Part shown: piece after piece, positions 45,802 through 56,956 of the stretch
Numbering within the stretch: position 1 is the first letter of the stretch
Layout of the letters: each line of letters begins with the position of its first letter
Source of the DNA: a virus
Strand: one strand, 5' to 3'
Length of the DNA: 64,000 bases
Virus record (IMG/VR): IMGVR_UViG_3300008116_000027
Location: 1 to 64,000 of that record
The notes under the pieces: model-generated
Seen by the model: the letters and a program-made list of their open reading frames with translations, nothing else
Told to the model about the DNA's origin: nothing
Database searches by the model: none
Translations under genes and position numbers: made by a program

Positions 45802-46785
45802 ATGGCTGAAGTATATGTAGATAGCAATTCAATAACATCAACTAAAATTATTTATGGGGGAGAAATTGTAGATGCTGATGGTGCTGTAATGGTAACTGTA
45901 TTTGATATTACAGAAGACCCTGCCGTAACTCCTGCAGTTGATCCTGGCACCTCAGTATACACAACTCAAGCAACAAAAACGGAAACTGACATTGGGTCAT
46001 ATAAAATTAATATACCGTATTCTTTAGCAAACAGAAGTAAAAATTTTAAAATAAGATGGAATTATTCTATCAATGGACAGGCGCACCAACACTACACTAC
46101 ATTAGATGTAGTAAAGCCATATTGTAATTTAGCAGAAGCAATTGATGATTTAGGTTTAGGAACAGACCCATCTGATCCAAATTACAAGTCATACCATGAG
46201 TTAGTAATGGCTGAAAAATATGCAAGAAAAATAATTGATGAATTTACTGGACAAAAATTTGCAACATACGACGACGTACACATAGTGTATGGATCAGGAT
46301 CAGACATTCTTCCTTTACCATATAAATTAAATACATTGCATGAACTATATCAAAATGATGTGCTAATTGTAGATACAATAAATGAAATTAATAATTGGAA
46401 TTTTACAACAAGAATTTCAGAAACTGGATTTGGATTAAGAGTCGATAGACAAAGTACTCTAGACAACACAGTTTATTCAGCTAATGGAATGGTGCCTCCA
46501 TCTATTAATGATTCTTATAATGGAGCTTTTATTAAAGACTATACATATCGTGTACAAGGAAGGTTTGGTTGGGACGTGGTACCAGATCAAGTTGAACAGG
46601 CCTGTATACAATTAATGGGACAATATTTTGCTAAAGATAGATTGTGGACAGATAGATACTTGAAGAGCGTTTCAACATTTGATTGGGACTTTGAGTACGC
46701 AGACGCAGCATTTACTGGTACTGGTTCTTCATATGTAGACAAATTACTTTCCCCATATGTTTTAACAAATATGGTGATTATTTAA
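45802..46785 (+). CDS. head-tail adaptor
   Basis: Position; ID.FTGQKF, GW..VP..VEQA and VDKLL.PY motifs. Confidence 0.7.
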   Translation: MAEVYVDSNSITSTKIIYGGEIVDADGAVMVTVFDITEDPAVTPAVDPGTSVYTTQATKTETDIGSYKINIPYSLANRSKNFKIRWNYSINGQAHQHYTTLDVVKPYCNLAEAIDDLGLGTDPSDPNYKSYHELVMAEKYARKIIDEFTGQKFATYDDVHIVYGSGSDILPLPYKLNTLHELYQNDVLIVDTINEINNWNFTTRISETGFGLRVDRQSTLDNTVYSANGMVPPSINDSYNGAFIKDYTYRVQGRFGWDVVPDQVEQACIQLMGQYFAKDRLWTDRYLKSVSTFDWDFEYADAAFTGTGSSYVDKLLSPYVLTNMVII

Positions 46786-47213
46786 TGTTTGATATCATGG
46801 AAGCAGTGCTATCCATGAAAATGGATATATATAAACAGTTTGATATACAAAATCCAGACACTGGCGCTATAGTAAAAGAATGGAACTACTATAAAACATT
46901 GAACTGTCATGCAAAAGGAGTAATAACAAACTCTGCAACAACAAGATCTGGTGACAAGCAAATACTTGGAAACAAATATACTAATGAACAGGTTATCCAA
47001 GTTCGTACTTCAGATAGACTTACGGCTAGAGAAAAAATTACTAATATTAGAGATAGCAATGAAAAAACAATTTGGACAGAATTAAATTATCCATCTGACA
47101 CCCCAACCGTTTTTGAAGTCATTGGAACAACTCCAATAACAGATCCATTTGGACAAGTTTTAGCATATAATTCAACACTAAAAAGATCGGAGAATCAGCA
47201 AATTGGAATCTAA
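46785..47213 (+). CDS. head-closure/stopper protein
   Basis: Synteny and size. Confidence 0.6.
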   Translation: MFDIMEAVLSMKMDIYKQFDIQNPDTGAIVKEWNYYKTLNCHAKGVITNSATTRSGDKQILGNKYTNEQVIQVRTSDRLTAREKITNIRDSNEKTIWTELNYPSDTPTVFEVIGTTPITDPFGQVLAYNSTLKRSENQQIGI

Positions 47214-47991
47214 CGTAATGCTTCTACAAGCTGCCTCTGGTCTTGAAAGACTAATGTATAATAAAAATCCCAAAGGTGCTATTAATGATAGCAACGTGGC
47301 CCAAATATCAGCAGCCCTATATTATCAGGCCAATGTAATATCCAAATTAAGCAATAGCAAAAAGTTTAAAAATTCTTTTAAGAAAATAATATTTACTCAG
47401 ATAGAAAAAGATTTTGGTAATTATATAGATGCTCAAGCAAGGTCAAAGCCTAAATCATTTCACCATGTATATGAATGGAAAAAGTCTGGAAATAAGAATG
47501 CTAGATTATTTAAATTAACATCTATGGATTCTGAGGGAATATCATTTAAAATTGATTTTGAATTTATATTATCTAAATCATTAGTTCCATCATCAAATAG
47601 TAAGCGTAGGCATACATTTGCAATGAAAGCTTCTGTGATGGAGGCAGGAATGCCCCTTAAAATTGCTCCACGCCATTCTGAGAGGCTAGTATTTGAAGTT
47701 GATGGTAATACAGTGTTTATGCCCAAAGGGGCCGCAGTGACCGTTAAAAGGCCAGGAGGAACTAGTGTCAAAAATCAATTTACATTACAATATTCAAGAT
47801 TCTTTAGTGGAGAATTAATAAATAACTCTATTAAAAAATCTGGGTTCAAAGAATTATTTAATTCAGAGTCATTAAAGGCTCTAAGAATCCCAGCTTCAAT
47901 TAGAACAATTAAATATTCATTCTCTCCAAATTTAATTAGATCAATGGCGGATGCAGCATCAGAAAAAGCATTTGGAGGGTACATGTTATGA
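47203..47991 (+). CDS. neck/tail-completion protein
   Basis: Synteny; basic protein. Confidence 0.5.
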   Translation: MESNVMLLQAASGLERLMYNKNPKGAINDSNVAQISAALYYQANVISKLSNSKKFKNSFKKIIFTQIEKDFGNYIDAQARSKPKSFHHVYEWKKSGNKNARLFKLTSMDSEGISFKIDFEFILSKSLVPSSNSKRRHTFAMKASVMEAGMPLKIAPRHSERLVFEVDGNTVFMPKGAAVTVKRPGGTSVKNQFTLQYSRFFSGELINNSIKKSGFKELFNSESLKALRIPASIRTIKYSFSPNLIRSMADAASEKAFGGYML

Positions 47992-48500
47992 CAGCTGATT
48001 TTAAATTAGATGCTATGCTAGAAATTAGAAAGTTCCTCTGGTCAGAATTAGTAGAAGCAGGCATATTCGACTCAGATGAGTATTATAGCGATAATATAGG
48101 AAAATCCGTAGTCCCTATAATCCCAGTTCAGCAGGCCCCAGAAATGAACCAATTCTTAAGTGGAAAAAAGCATATAATTTATGACAAGATAGGTCTTTCA
48201 TATGAGGACAATTGGTTGATATGCTGTGAGCAAGTTCTTTTTACTGTATATTCCATAGATGTATCAGAGATCAATGAAATAAGAAATTTTATGACTGATC
48301 TATTTAGGAGAATGGACGACTCTGCAAAAGATATCAATAGATTTCAAAAATTAAATAATAAGTTTAAATTCCATAGTATTTTTATAGCCGACATATCTCC
48401 CACAGAGCCCTCTGAAGAACTACAGGGCTTTCTTTCAACAGACATTATTCTAGAGGTCAAATATTCAAGAATAACAGACTCAGTAGGCCGATTCCTCTAA
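47988..48500 (+). CDS. tail terminator-like protein
   Basis: Synteny directly before the major tail gene. Confidence 0.55.
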   Translation: MTADFKLDAMLEIRKFLWSELVEAGIFDSDEYYSDNIGKSVVPIIPVQQAPEMNQFLSGKKHIIYDKIGLSYEDNWLICCEQVLFTVYSIDVSEINEIRNFMTDLFRRMDDSAKDINRFQKLNNKFKFHSIFIADISPTEPSEELQGFLSTDIILEVKYSRITDSVGRFL

Positions 48501-48614
48501 ATTGCTTTAGGCTTTGATATGCCGTATCATAGGACATGAGGAAAGAAGCCTAGCCAGCTTTGGTTTTTAAAATATATATATATATAGTTTAAAACACAGG
48601 AGGTAACAAATACT

Positions 48615-49325
48615 ATGGCACAATCCGTAGGTAATGCTAAAAATATTCTTGTTGGTGCGTCACCGCTGTTTTTATCAACAGTAGACGTAAACGACTCAGA
48701 TTATATCGCTAACGCAGAAGCAGGAGTAGCAATTGCATCAGGTTCAGGCAATGTAGCAATTCCAGCTTTCGCAACAGGTGTATCATACACAACTTCACTA
48801 AATGCAGTAAATCAGGAAGAAGGTAAGTTTGGATATCGTAACGTTGGTTTTACTAACAACGGTCTTCAAATCACTTACAATCCAACATACGATTCAGTAA
48901 CTGTTGACCAATTGCTAGATACAGCTAAGCTGTTCAAATCTGCAATGGAGGTTATGATTGCAACAGAAATGTCAGAAGGTACTCTAGAAAATATCGTAGC
49001 AGTATTCGGACAATCAGCATCATCACTATCAGACAATGGTTTGACTGGACAGTCAAACAAGAAAGAGTTAGGTCTAGAAGCAGGTGCACTTGGTGCAGCT
49101 CCAACAGAGCGTCAGCTAATTGCAGTAGGACAAGCTCCAACTGCTAGTGCAACAGCAACAGAGCGTGTATATTATGCACGTCGAGTATTGTCTGTACAAC
49201 AGTCACAATTCTCACTTGCTCGTACAACTCCAACCACGTTCCCAGTAACATTCCGTCTTCTACCAGATGCTAACTACTCTGGCTCAGAATACGGCAAGAT
49301 TATTGACCGTGTATTGACAGCATAA
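48615..49325 (+). CDS. major tail protein
   Basis: NILVGA, VGFTNNG, VDQL and FPVTFRLLPD; GGAGGT RBS; terminator follows. Confidence 0.85.
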   Translation: MAQSVGNAKNILVGASPLFLSTVDVNDSDYIANAEAGVAIASGSGNVAIPAFATGVSYTTSLNAVNQEEGKFGYRNVGFTNNGLQITYNPTYDSVTVDQLLDTAKLFKSAMEVMIATEMSEGTLENIVAVFGQSASSLSDNGLTGQSNKKELGLEAGALGAAPTERQLIAVGQAPTASATATERVYYARRVLSVQQSQFSLARTTPTTFPVTFRLLPDANYSGSEYGKIIDRVLTA

Positions 49326-49344
49326 ATTTAATTAATTTAAATTA

Positions 49345-49376
49345 TAGAAGCCCCCATTAATTTGGGGGTCTTTCTA
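49345..49376 (+). terminator. intrinsic terminator
   Basis: TAGAAGCCCCCA...TGGGGGTCTTTCTA. Confidence 0.75.
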
Positions 49377-49432
49377 TTTGTGGTGATAATACCATTATGT
49401 TATAATAATTAAGACAATCCTAGGAGGATAAA

Positions 49433-49771
49433 TTGGCTACAACAGTATACGACGTAGAAGAAATTGAACTTCAAAATGGCTCAAAGGTTAAGCTAAAACC
49501 ATTGACTATCAAAGCCTTAAGAAAGTTCATGACAGAAATCAAAAAGACAGAAAATTCTTCTGGCGAAGATGAAACTCTTACAATTCTAATTACAGCATGT
49601 GGAATTGCAATTGAGTCTCAGGTGCCAGAATTAGTAGCAGATAAAGATAAATTAGAAGAGGCATTAGATATGCCAACCATTAATCGCATTCTAGAAGTAT
49701 GTGGTGGAATAAAACTTGACGACCCAAACCTTCTAGCGGCAGCGGTTCTGGCTGGGCAGAACTCGATTTAG
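49433..49771 (+). CDS. tail assembly chaperone (G)
   Basis: Between major tail and tape measure; AGGAGG RBS with TTG start. Confidence 0.85.
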   Translation: MATTVYDVEEIELQNGSKVKLKPLTIKALRKFMTEIKKTENSSGEDETLTILITACGIAIESQVPELVADKDKLEEALDMPTINRILEVCGGIKLDDPNLLAAAVLAGQNSI

Positions 49772-50091
49772 CCGCTTTGTTAGGAGAAGTTTTTCTTTTA
49801 GGTAATTGGAAAAATTACGAAGAACTAGAAGAAAGCCTCTCAATGCCAGAACTGATACAAACATTTAAGTCAATGCAAAAAACTGAAGATGAAAAAAGAA
49901 AATTCCTAGCATCACTTCAGGGAGTAAACTTAAATAGCGAAGAAGAAAAAGAAGGTCCTACCTTTGATGATATTCGAAGAAAGGCACTTGGAGTAAATGC
50001 AAAAGGTGACGATGTATTATCACTACAAGGCAGTTTTGCTTCAGAAGCTGGATTCGGAATAGGAGCAGGTTTAGGATACTCTAAGGAGTAA
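49723..50091 (+). CDS. tail assembly chaperone frameshift extension (GT), -1 slip at C CCA AAC
   Basis: XXXYYYZ heptamer CCCAAAC at 49723-49729 in the correct phase; -1 frame open to 50091. Confidence 0.85.
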   Translation, partial: PKPSSGSGSGWAELDLAALLGEVFLLGNWKNYEELEESLSMPELIQTFKSMQKTEDEKRKFLASLQGVNLNSEEEKEGPTFDDIRRKALGVNAKGDDVLSLQGSFASEAGFGIGAGLGYSKE

Positions 50092-50102
50092 AATTATAGT
50101 AA

Positions 50103-53100
50103 ATGGCTGAAGAACAGATAGTCACCCGAATAGTCGCTACGTCCGACTTTTCAAACCTTATTGCAGATCTCGGTAAGGTTTCTTCAGCCTTAACTACTTT
50201 ACAATCAAAGCTAAACGCAACAAACAAAAATTTATCATCACAAGTTGCTGTGATGAATCGTTCTTTTGCCGAAACACTTAGAAGCACTGGTCAATTTTCT
50301 AGCCACTTTGTAAACCTACAATCAGATGTAGAAAAATTTGGAACTCAATTAGATAAAGGCCAAATTAAATTAAAACAATTTTTTCAAGTATATCAAAGTC
50401 ATTTAAAGACTAATGGCGGATTAATTAGACAACTTGCAACTCAACAAGTTCAATTACAAAATGCAATATTACAACCTCTTGGCAAAAACGCAGAAGGTTT
50501 GATGCAGTACAATGTGCATATACCAGCTGGCCTAGATAGGGTAAAAAGCAGAACAGCTTTAGCAAGACAAGAATTGCAGATTATGAATCGTGTAATTCAA
50601 GAAGGTGCAAACTCATTAATTAATTGGGGTAAAAATACACAGTGGGCTGGACGTCAATTAACAGTAGGATTAACTGTACCGCTTGCAGCATTTGGAGCAG
50701 CATCTGCAAAAGCATTTAGAGAAGCAGATCAAGAATTAACACGTTTAACTAAGGTTTACGGAGGACTTGCTGCAACCTCTGCTTCTGATTTAGGAAAGAT
50801 AAGAAAACAAGTTACCGACACAGCATCAGAACTTTCAAAATCTTATGGCGCATCATTTAAAGAAACAATTGCTTTAGGTGCAGATATTGCTGCCACTGGC
50901 AAACAGGGTAATGAGTTATTAGGGTCCATTAAAGAAACAACCCGATTAGCAGTTCTCGGAGAAGTTGATAGACAAGATGCAATGAAAGCAACATTAGCAA
51001 TTCAATCTGCATTTAAACAAAATACAGACGAGTTAGCAGAATCAATTAACTTTTTAAACGCAGTTGAAAACCAGACATCAACAACGCTTAACGATCTTGT
51101 AGAAGCAATTCCAAAAGCTGGTCCAATTATTAAAGGTCTTGGAGGAAGCGTAGAAGATTTAGCCCTTTATCTCACTGCAATGAGAGAAGGTGGAATTAAT
51201 GCATCAGAAGGAGCTAACGCATTAAAGTCAGGACTTGCATCTTTAATTAATCCAACAAAGGTTGCAAAAGAAATGTTTGCGGGATTTGGAATATCCTTAA
51301 CAGATATTGTACAAAAAAATGCTGGCAATACAACTGAAACTTTACTAGCACTGCAAGCAGCATTAGACTCTTTAAACCCATTACAAAAACAACAAGCATT
51401 AGAACAGTTATTTGGTAAATTCCAATTTGCTCGTATGAATGCTTTATTTGAAAACCTTGGAAAACAAGGAAGCCAGACTTTGCAGGTAATGGATTTAATG
51501 AAAGCAAGCTCAGAAGACCTAGCAAATATTGCAGGTCGAGAGTTAAGTATGGTAACAGAGTCTGCTTCTGGTAAATATCGTAGAGCTTTAGAAGGATTAA
51601 AAGCCGATCTTGCAGAAGTAGGAGAACAATTCTTAACAATCAATACTCATTTAATTAATATTGTTAGTGGAATATTAAAATTTATTGATAAACTTCCTGG
51701 ACCAATTAAAACAATCTTAGCATTTTTTGGAGGACTAACAGCAGTTGCAGGACCATTAATTATGTTAACTGGTGTTCTTGCAAACTTCTTTGGATATGTA
51801 ATTAAAGGAGCTTCACATTTTAGATCTATGTTTAAAGGTGGAGAAGGATGGAGATTATTAACTCCAGAAATTCTTGCAGCCAATAAAGCTGGATCTTTAG
51901 TAGAACAAACATTTTATAGCGATGCAAAAGCGGCAGAAATATTAAAAACAGCAGTAGATAGATTATCCGCCTCTTATCAAAAACTAGCAGCAGATGCAAA
52001 TAGTGCAAGAATTGTAACAAACCCTGGAGTTTCTACAGTAGGTGGAACACAGATAATTGCTGCAGGTGGACCAAGAATTGTTGATCCAAAACATCCCTTA
52101 GTTGGAGATATGGGAACAAGAGCTGGGGCACATCATAATCCAAGATCTCTAATGTCTATTAATCAAAGAAATGCTACAACTATACATGGAATTACTCCAC
52201 AAGCTATTCCAGTAAACGGAGGCATTGGTGCAGTTCCTCAAATATTTATGAATAAGGATCTTCCAAGAATTGAAGGCCTAACAACATCTAGGGGAATTTC
52301 AACTGGAATAGTTGCTGGCGAAGCGGCAAAATGGCATGCCCTTATGGGAACACTTTCTATGTTATCAAAGAGAGAAGTTGCAGATCTACAAAAAGAAATT
52401 GCCAGAACAGGAACTTTTAGTACAGAAATAAGTGCTACATTTTCACAATTATTGCCTCACATGACTAAGATAACATCTAATGCTGCGGCACAATCTGCAA
52501 AAATTGTTGCAGAACTTCAAGCAAATAAAATAACTTTAGATGCTGCAAGAGCTAAAATTATTGCTTTAAATACACAAATAGAAACAATGATGGTTCAAAC
52601 TACACAACAGGTAGCAGCATCCCTTAGCAGAAATGCCGCTGTTACACAAGTTCCTTTGCTTAATCAACCAATAGTAAATGCTAAAGGTAAAGCAAACATT
52701 AGAGAAATATTTAGACCCGAAAGACCAGTTGCAAAGATAATTGATAAAATTGCAAGAGGTTTGGGAGTAAGAACTTCTGGAGCTGGATATTCTATAGAAA
52801 CAACAAAACCAAAGAATTTTGCTACTGGAGGAAGAGTATTTGATGGACCTAGGTCAGACACAACAGATACACAGTTTGAATACTTACCAGAAGGATCTTT
52901 TGTATTAAATAGAAAAGCTTCTGATAATTTATTAGGATTTAATAAAGGCGGAATGGTACCAGCAATGGTTACCCCTGGAGAAATTTTAATTGAAAATCCT
53001 ACATCAGACGAATTGGATATGCTTGAAGCATATAATAATCAATTTGCCGCTGGCGGAAAAGTTGTTAAATCACAAAATAATTATGGAATACCTACAACAA

Positions 53101-56100
53101 GCTTACTTAAACTATTAAGTGCAAATCAAATGAAAAAATTAGTTCCTGGATTTTCTGGATCTCAAAGATATTATCAAGCTAAAGGAACTGCTGGAGTTTT
53201 TATTGGAGACATATCAGATCCAAAAATACTTAAAAAATATTCACATCTTGTAAATAAAAATGGAGTCATAAGTAGAACAACTATTAATAGCTTAGGAACA
53301 AATTATAAGATTCCAGGAGATTTATTTAAAGCTGCAATTAAAGCAAGGCCAAAGGGAGTTAATCTAGGATCTGCAGATAACTTTTTAGATACACTTGCAA
53401 AAAATGGAATAGTAGATCCAAAACAAGCTAAAAATATTAGAGATGCAATAGAAGCAAAATATTTTGATTATTTAAGTAAAAATAAAGTATGGGATACAAA
53501 TAACGAATATTGGAAAGTTGTAAATTCAATACTTTCTAAAGAATTAGTTGGTAACTCAAATGCAAAGAATTTATGGAAACAATACTCAAGTACAGTTGCA
53601 GTGCACACAGGATCAAATACAGCAAAACGTGGAAAATCTGGAGCGTCTACTAGCCCTCAAACAATAAAAATTAGAGATAAAGATGGTAAAGTAATAAATT
53701 TTGGAACCCTAGAGGGAGATTTAAAACAAGGTTATTTATTTGCACATACTAAAACGCCAGACCCATTAAGAAAAATGGCATTACAAAAACTTAACATGGG
53801 CGGAGTAGTAGGAGGAAGAGTAAGACGTGGAAAAAATAATTATGGAATTCCAGGATTAAATACTTCTGGATTAAATCAACCACCATTGATTCAACAAATG
53901 GGACTTCAGTCTCCAACACAAATGCAACCAGACGAGCAAATGCCAAAACAAAGAGGAATGCTAACTGGAAATTTAATTGGCATGGCTGGCTCTATGGGAG
54001 GATATTCTTTAGGAAGTAAATTTGGTGGACAACTTGGGGGTTTTGCTGGCATGATGCTCGTGCCAGCCCTTTTAGATAAAGTTATATCTAAAATGGGAGT
54101 TTTAGGAAAAACATCTACTGGAACAGCTAGTATTGCTGGAAGACTTGGCCCTATTTTGGCAAATCCATACGTAGCATTTGGAGCAGCAATTGTTGGCGCA
54201 ACTGCAGTATTGCTTAAGCTAAATGCTAAAATAGAAGAAACAAGAAGAATTAATAGACTTGCATTTTCTGGCGGAGTAAAACCTATTAAAGATTTTGATT
54301 CAGAATTGAAACAAGTTAAAGAAAATATTGAAAATACAAGGGCTGCATCAGAATTATTGCATGCTCAAATGAATTCTGCTGGAATATCTGGACTAACTAT
54401 AACTATAAAAGAATTTGCAGATTTAAGAGAAAAAATTAAATCAACTCACCCAGAATTAATAAAGTTATTTAATCAAACTCCAAATGATAAGTTGAGTAAA
54501 GTTGCAGAAGGATTAAAATCACAATTTGTGGCAGCAGGAGATTCTGCCGCACAAGCAAATACAAAAATAGCAGCTTTAATGGCTGAAACAGGAAAGACTG
54601 GATTTATACAATCTGTTTTAGGATCTGAAGGAGTTAAAGGAATAGTAGACGCAAAAACTGCAATATCTTCTATGTTAAAAGCCCTAGAAGGATTTATGAC
54701 TAGCAAAGATAAAGCAGCTGGAATTCTTCAAGTATTTAGTTCAATGTCAGACTATATAGCAAAATCAAATGATAAGGGCGCAGCATTAAAAGAACAGTTT
54801 GATCTTATTGCTAAATCTGGTCAGGCAAATGTTCAAATAACTCAAGATCAAATAGTAGAATTATCAAAAACTGATCCTATACTAGCTGGAATATTAGATA
54901 GAACAGATACGGTTGGAAAGGCTTTAGCAAAATGGAGATTAGCTGTAGCTGGAGTAAATAAAGAATTAGACGGATCAGAAGCACAGTTAATGCAATATGC
55001 AATAGCGGCAGAAGGAATTGACTCATATTATAAGAAATTGTTAGACGTATCTAGCAAAGAAGCTCAAAGCAATAAAATGACTGGTCAATGGGCAAAAGAT
55101 ATTGATGCATTTGAAAAGAAACAGGTTACTGCAAGTAAAACTGCTATCCAAAATCTTGAAAAACAAATTGATTTAAAAAATAAACAAATAGATCAAATTA
55201 AAAAAGAAGCTGATGCAAGAAAGAAAGCACTAAGAGATCAACAACAAATTGAAGATGTAAGATTACAGATACAGCAAGAACAATTAAGTTATCAAATGGC
55301 TTTGGCTGCTGGAGACATGTCATCTGCAGCACAAGCGCAAATTAATATTCAAAGACTTGTTGGCCAACAACAATTAAAAACCGCAGAGGATGCAATAGAT
55401 TCAGCAGCACAAGCAAAAATAGATGCTCTTCAGGCACAAATAGACGTTCTTAATAAAAAATCAACTGCTGTAAGTAATGCTGCCAGCACAGCTAAGCCAG
55501 CACAGTCCCCATCAAGACCAACATATGAAGCAATTCAATCAGTATATAAACAATATTCTTTGGGCAATATAGATGAAGCAACCGCCGCAAGTCAACTTAA
55601 TGATTTAGTTAGAAAATTAGAACAAACAGAAGGCGGAGACAAATATATTAAAGATCTTGGACTTTCAAAATCAGCAAGCAATTTTGTAAGAGAAGATAGG
55701 GAAACAAGAAAAGTTAATCTTGATTTAACATCTGGAGTTGGACTAGAGTTAAAGAATGCTTTAAATAAAGGTACAGACACTCTTGTTAAAGCAGCAATTG
55801 ATAAATCTAATACTTACTTACAAGAAATTAGAAATAAGTTAGTTAATGATACAGACCCCGCTCCAGTTTCAACAGGAGGAGGAGCAGGATCAAGAAGCGG
55901 AAGACCAGGACCAGCAGATAATACTCCTAATTCTGGCTGGGGAGGGTATGCTGATGCTGTTAACAAAAAGCCAGGAAGACTTTATACTCCACCTGGTGCA
56001 TCTAGATATATTATGGATCCTGCAGGAAATGCAGTATACGAAGATTTAAGTCCAAAAGAATTTAAAGAAATTGCAAAACAATATGGCACAAAACTTGCAA

Positions 56101-56486
56101 TGGGTGGCTTTATTAAAAAATATGCTCAAGCAGGTGTGGTGGTAGGACCAGGAACTGGAACTTCCGATTCAATTCCAGCAATGCTTTCAAACGGTGAATA
56201 TGTAATAAGAGCAGCTTCCGTACAAGCAGTCGGAACATCTTTCTTAGACGGAATTAATAAAATGTCAGCAGGCGGAATTGCAACAAAATATAGTATTCCT
56301 AAAATGAGTATGGGCGGACGAGTAAATATGTCTAACGCTGGACATGCTTCTACATCAAATGCTTTGTATAATATAAATGTTACACTTAATGGAACAGAAT
56401 TAACAGCAGACGATGTTGCAAGAACTATAGAGGAAAGAATGAGAAGAATGCAGTCAAAAGAGGGGTTAAATAGAGTATACTCATGA
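50103..56486 (+). CDS. tape measure protein
   Basis: 2127 aa, Ala/Leu-rich helical, follows the chaperones; GG.V.GPGTGTSDSIPAMLSNGEYV motif. Confidence 0.95.
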   Translation: MAEEQIVTRIVATSDFSNLIADLGKVSSALTTLQSKLNATNKNLSSQVAVMNRSFAETLRSTGQFSSHFVNLQSDVEKFGTQLDKGQIKLKQFFQVYQSHLKTNGGLIRQLATQQVQLQNAILQPLGKNAEGLMQYNVHIPAGLDRVKSRTALARQELQIMNRVIQEGANSLINWGKNTQWAGRQLTVGLTVPLAAFGAASAKAFREADQELTRLTKVYGGLAATSASDLGKIRKQVTDTASELSKSYGASFKETIALGADIAATGKQGNELLGSIKETTRLAVLGEVDRQDAMKATLAIQSAFKQNTDELAESINFLNAVENQTSTTLNDLVEAIPKAGPIIKGLGGSVEDLALYLTAMREGGINASEGANALKSGLASLINPTKVAKEMFAGFGISLTDIVQKNAGNTTETLLALQAALDSLNPLQKQQALEQLFGKFQFARMNALFENLGKQGSQTLQVMDLMKASSEDLANIAGRELSMVTESASGKYRRALEGLKADLAEVGEQFLTINTHLINIVSGILKFIDKLPGPIKTILAFFGGLTAVAGPLIMLTGVLANFFGYVIKGASHFRSMFKGGEGWRLLTPEILAANKAGSLVEQTFYSDAKAAEILKTAVDRLSASYQKLAADANSARIVTNPGVSTVGGTQIIAAGGPRIVDPKHPLVGDMGTRAGAHHNPRSLMSINQRNATTIHGITPQAIPVNGGIGAVPQIFMNKDLPRIEGLTTSRGISTGIVAGEAAKWHALMGTLSMLSKREVADLQKEIARTGTFSTEISATFSQLLPHMTKITSNAAAQSAKIVAELQANKITLDAARAKIIALNTQIETMMVQTTQQVAASLSRNAAVTQVPLLNQPIVNAKGKANIREIFRPERPVAKIIDKIARGLGVRTSGAGYSIETTKPKNFATGGRVFDGPRSDTTDTQFEYLPEGSFVLNRKASDNLLGFNKGGMVPAMVTPGEILIENPTSDELDMLEAYNNQFAAGGKVVKSQNNYGIPTTSLLKLLSANQMKKLVPGFSGSQRYYQAKGTAGVFIGDISDPKILKKYSHLVNKNGVISRTTINSLGTNYKIPGDLFKAAIKARPKGVNLGSADNFLDTLAKNGIVDPKQAKNIRDAIEAKYFDYLSKNKVWDTNNEYWKVVNSILSKELVGNSNAKNLWKQYSSTVAVHTGSNTAKRGKSGASTSPQTIKIRDKDGKVINFGTLEGDLKQGYLFAHTKTPDPLRKMALQKLNMGGVVGGRVRRGKNNYGIPGLNTSGLNQPPLIQQMGLQSPTQMQPDEQMPKQRGMLTGNLIGMAGSMGGYSLGSKFGGQLGGFAGMMLVPALLDKVISKMGVLGKTSTGTASIAGRLGPILANPYVAFGAAIVGATAVLLKLNAKIEETRRINRLAFSGGVKPIKDFDSELKQVKENIENTRAASELLHAQMNSAGISGLTITIKEFADLREKIKSTHPELIKLFNQTPNDKLSKVAEGLKSQFVAAGDSAAQANTKIAALMAETGKTGFIQSVLGSEGVKGIVDAKTAISSMLKALEGFMTSKDKAAGILQVFSSMSDYIAKSNDKGAALKEQFDLIAKSGQANVQITQDQIVELSKTDPILAGILDRTDTVGKALAKWRLAVAGVNKELDGSEAQLMQYAIAAEGIDSYYKKLLDVSSKEAQSNKMTGQWAKDIDAFEKKQVTASKTAIQNLEKQIDLKNKQIDQIKKEADARKKALRDQQQIEDVRLQIQQEQLSYQMALAAGDMSSAAQAQINIQRLVGQQQLKTAEDAIDSAAQAKIDALQAQIDVLNKKSTAVSNAASTAKPAQSPSRPTYEAIQSVYKQYSLGNIDEATAASQLNDLVRKLEQTEGGDKYIKDLGLSKSASNFVREDRETRKVNLDLTSGVGLELKNALNKGTDTLVKAAIDKSNTYLQEIRNKLVNDTDPAPVSTGGGAGSRSGRPGPADNTPNSGWGGYADAVNKKPGRLYTPPGASRYIMDPAGNAVYEDLSPKEFKEIAKQYGTKLAMGGFIKKYAQAGVVVGPGTGTSDSIPAMLSNGEYVIRAASVQAVGTSFLDGINKMSAGGIATKYSIPKMSMGGRVNMSNAGHASTSNALYNINVTLNGTELTADDVARTIEERMRRMQSKEGLNRVYS

Positions 56487-56956
56487 GTACAGTATCAATG
56501 CCAAGAGGATCTATATTACAAATAAGAGCATATGACTTATCCCTTAATGGTGGAAATGGCACATTTAAATATAATAAAGTTACAGAACATAACAGATCTG
56601 CATTTGATATTAGCAATGAAAGAATTGAAAAAAGCACTAGAATGTCTAACGGATCATTAAGAAAATATTTTATTGCAGATAAAAAAACATTTTCTTTATC
56701 TTGGGACATGCTTCCCTCATATAGAACATTAACTGTAGATGGAGCATGGGGAGCAGAAGACTTAAGATCATTTTATAATAGTGCAGAAGGACAATCTTCT
56801 TTTAATATAAGAGTTAATTTAGCAAAAAATGGTTCAAGTCAAGAATCTTCTGGATATGAAGAGTATACGGTTGTCTTTGGAGATTGCAATTTCTCTGTAT
56901 TAAAAAGAGGACTTCAGCCATTTTGGAGTGTATCGTTAACCCTGGTAGAGGTATAA
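56483..56956 (+). CDS. distal tail-like protein
   Basis: Directly after TMP, ATGA overlap. Confidence 0.6.
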   Translation: MSTVSMPRGSILQIRAYDLSLNGGNGTFKYNKVTEHNRSAFDISNERIEKSTRMSNGSLRKYFIADKKTFSLSWDMLPSYRTLTVDGAWGAEDLRSFYNSAEGQSSFNIRVNLAKNGSSQESSGYEEYTVVFGDCNFSVLKRGLQPFWSVSLTLVEV

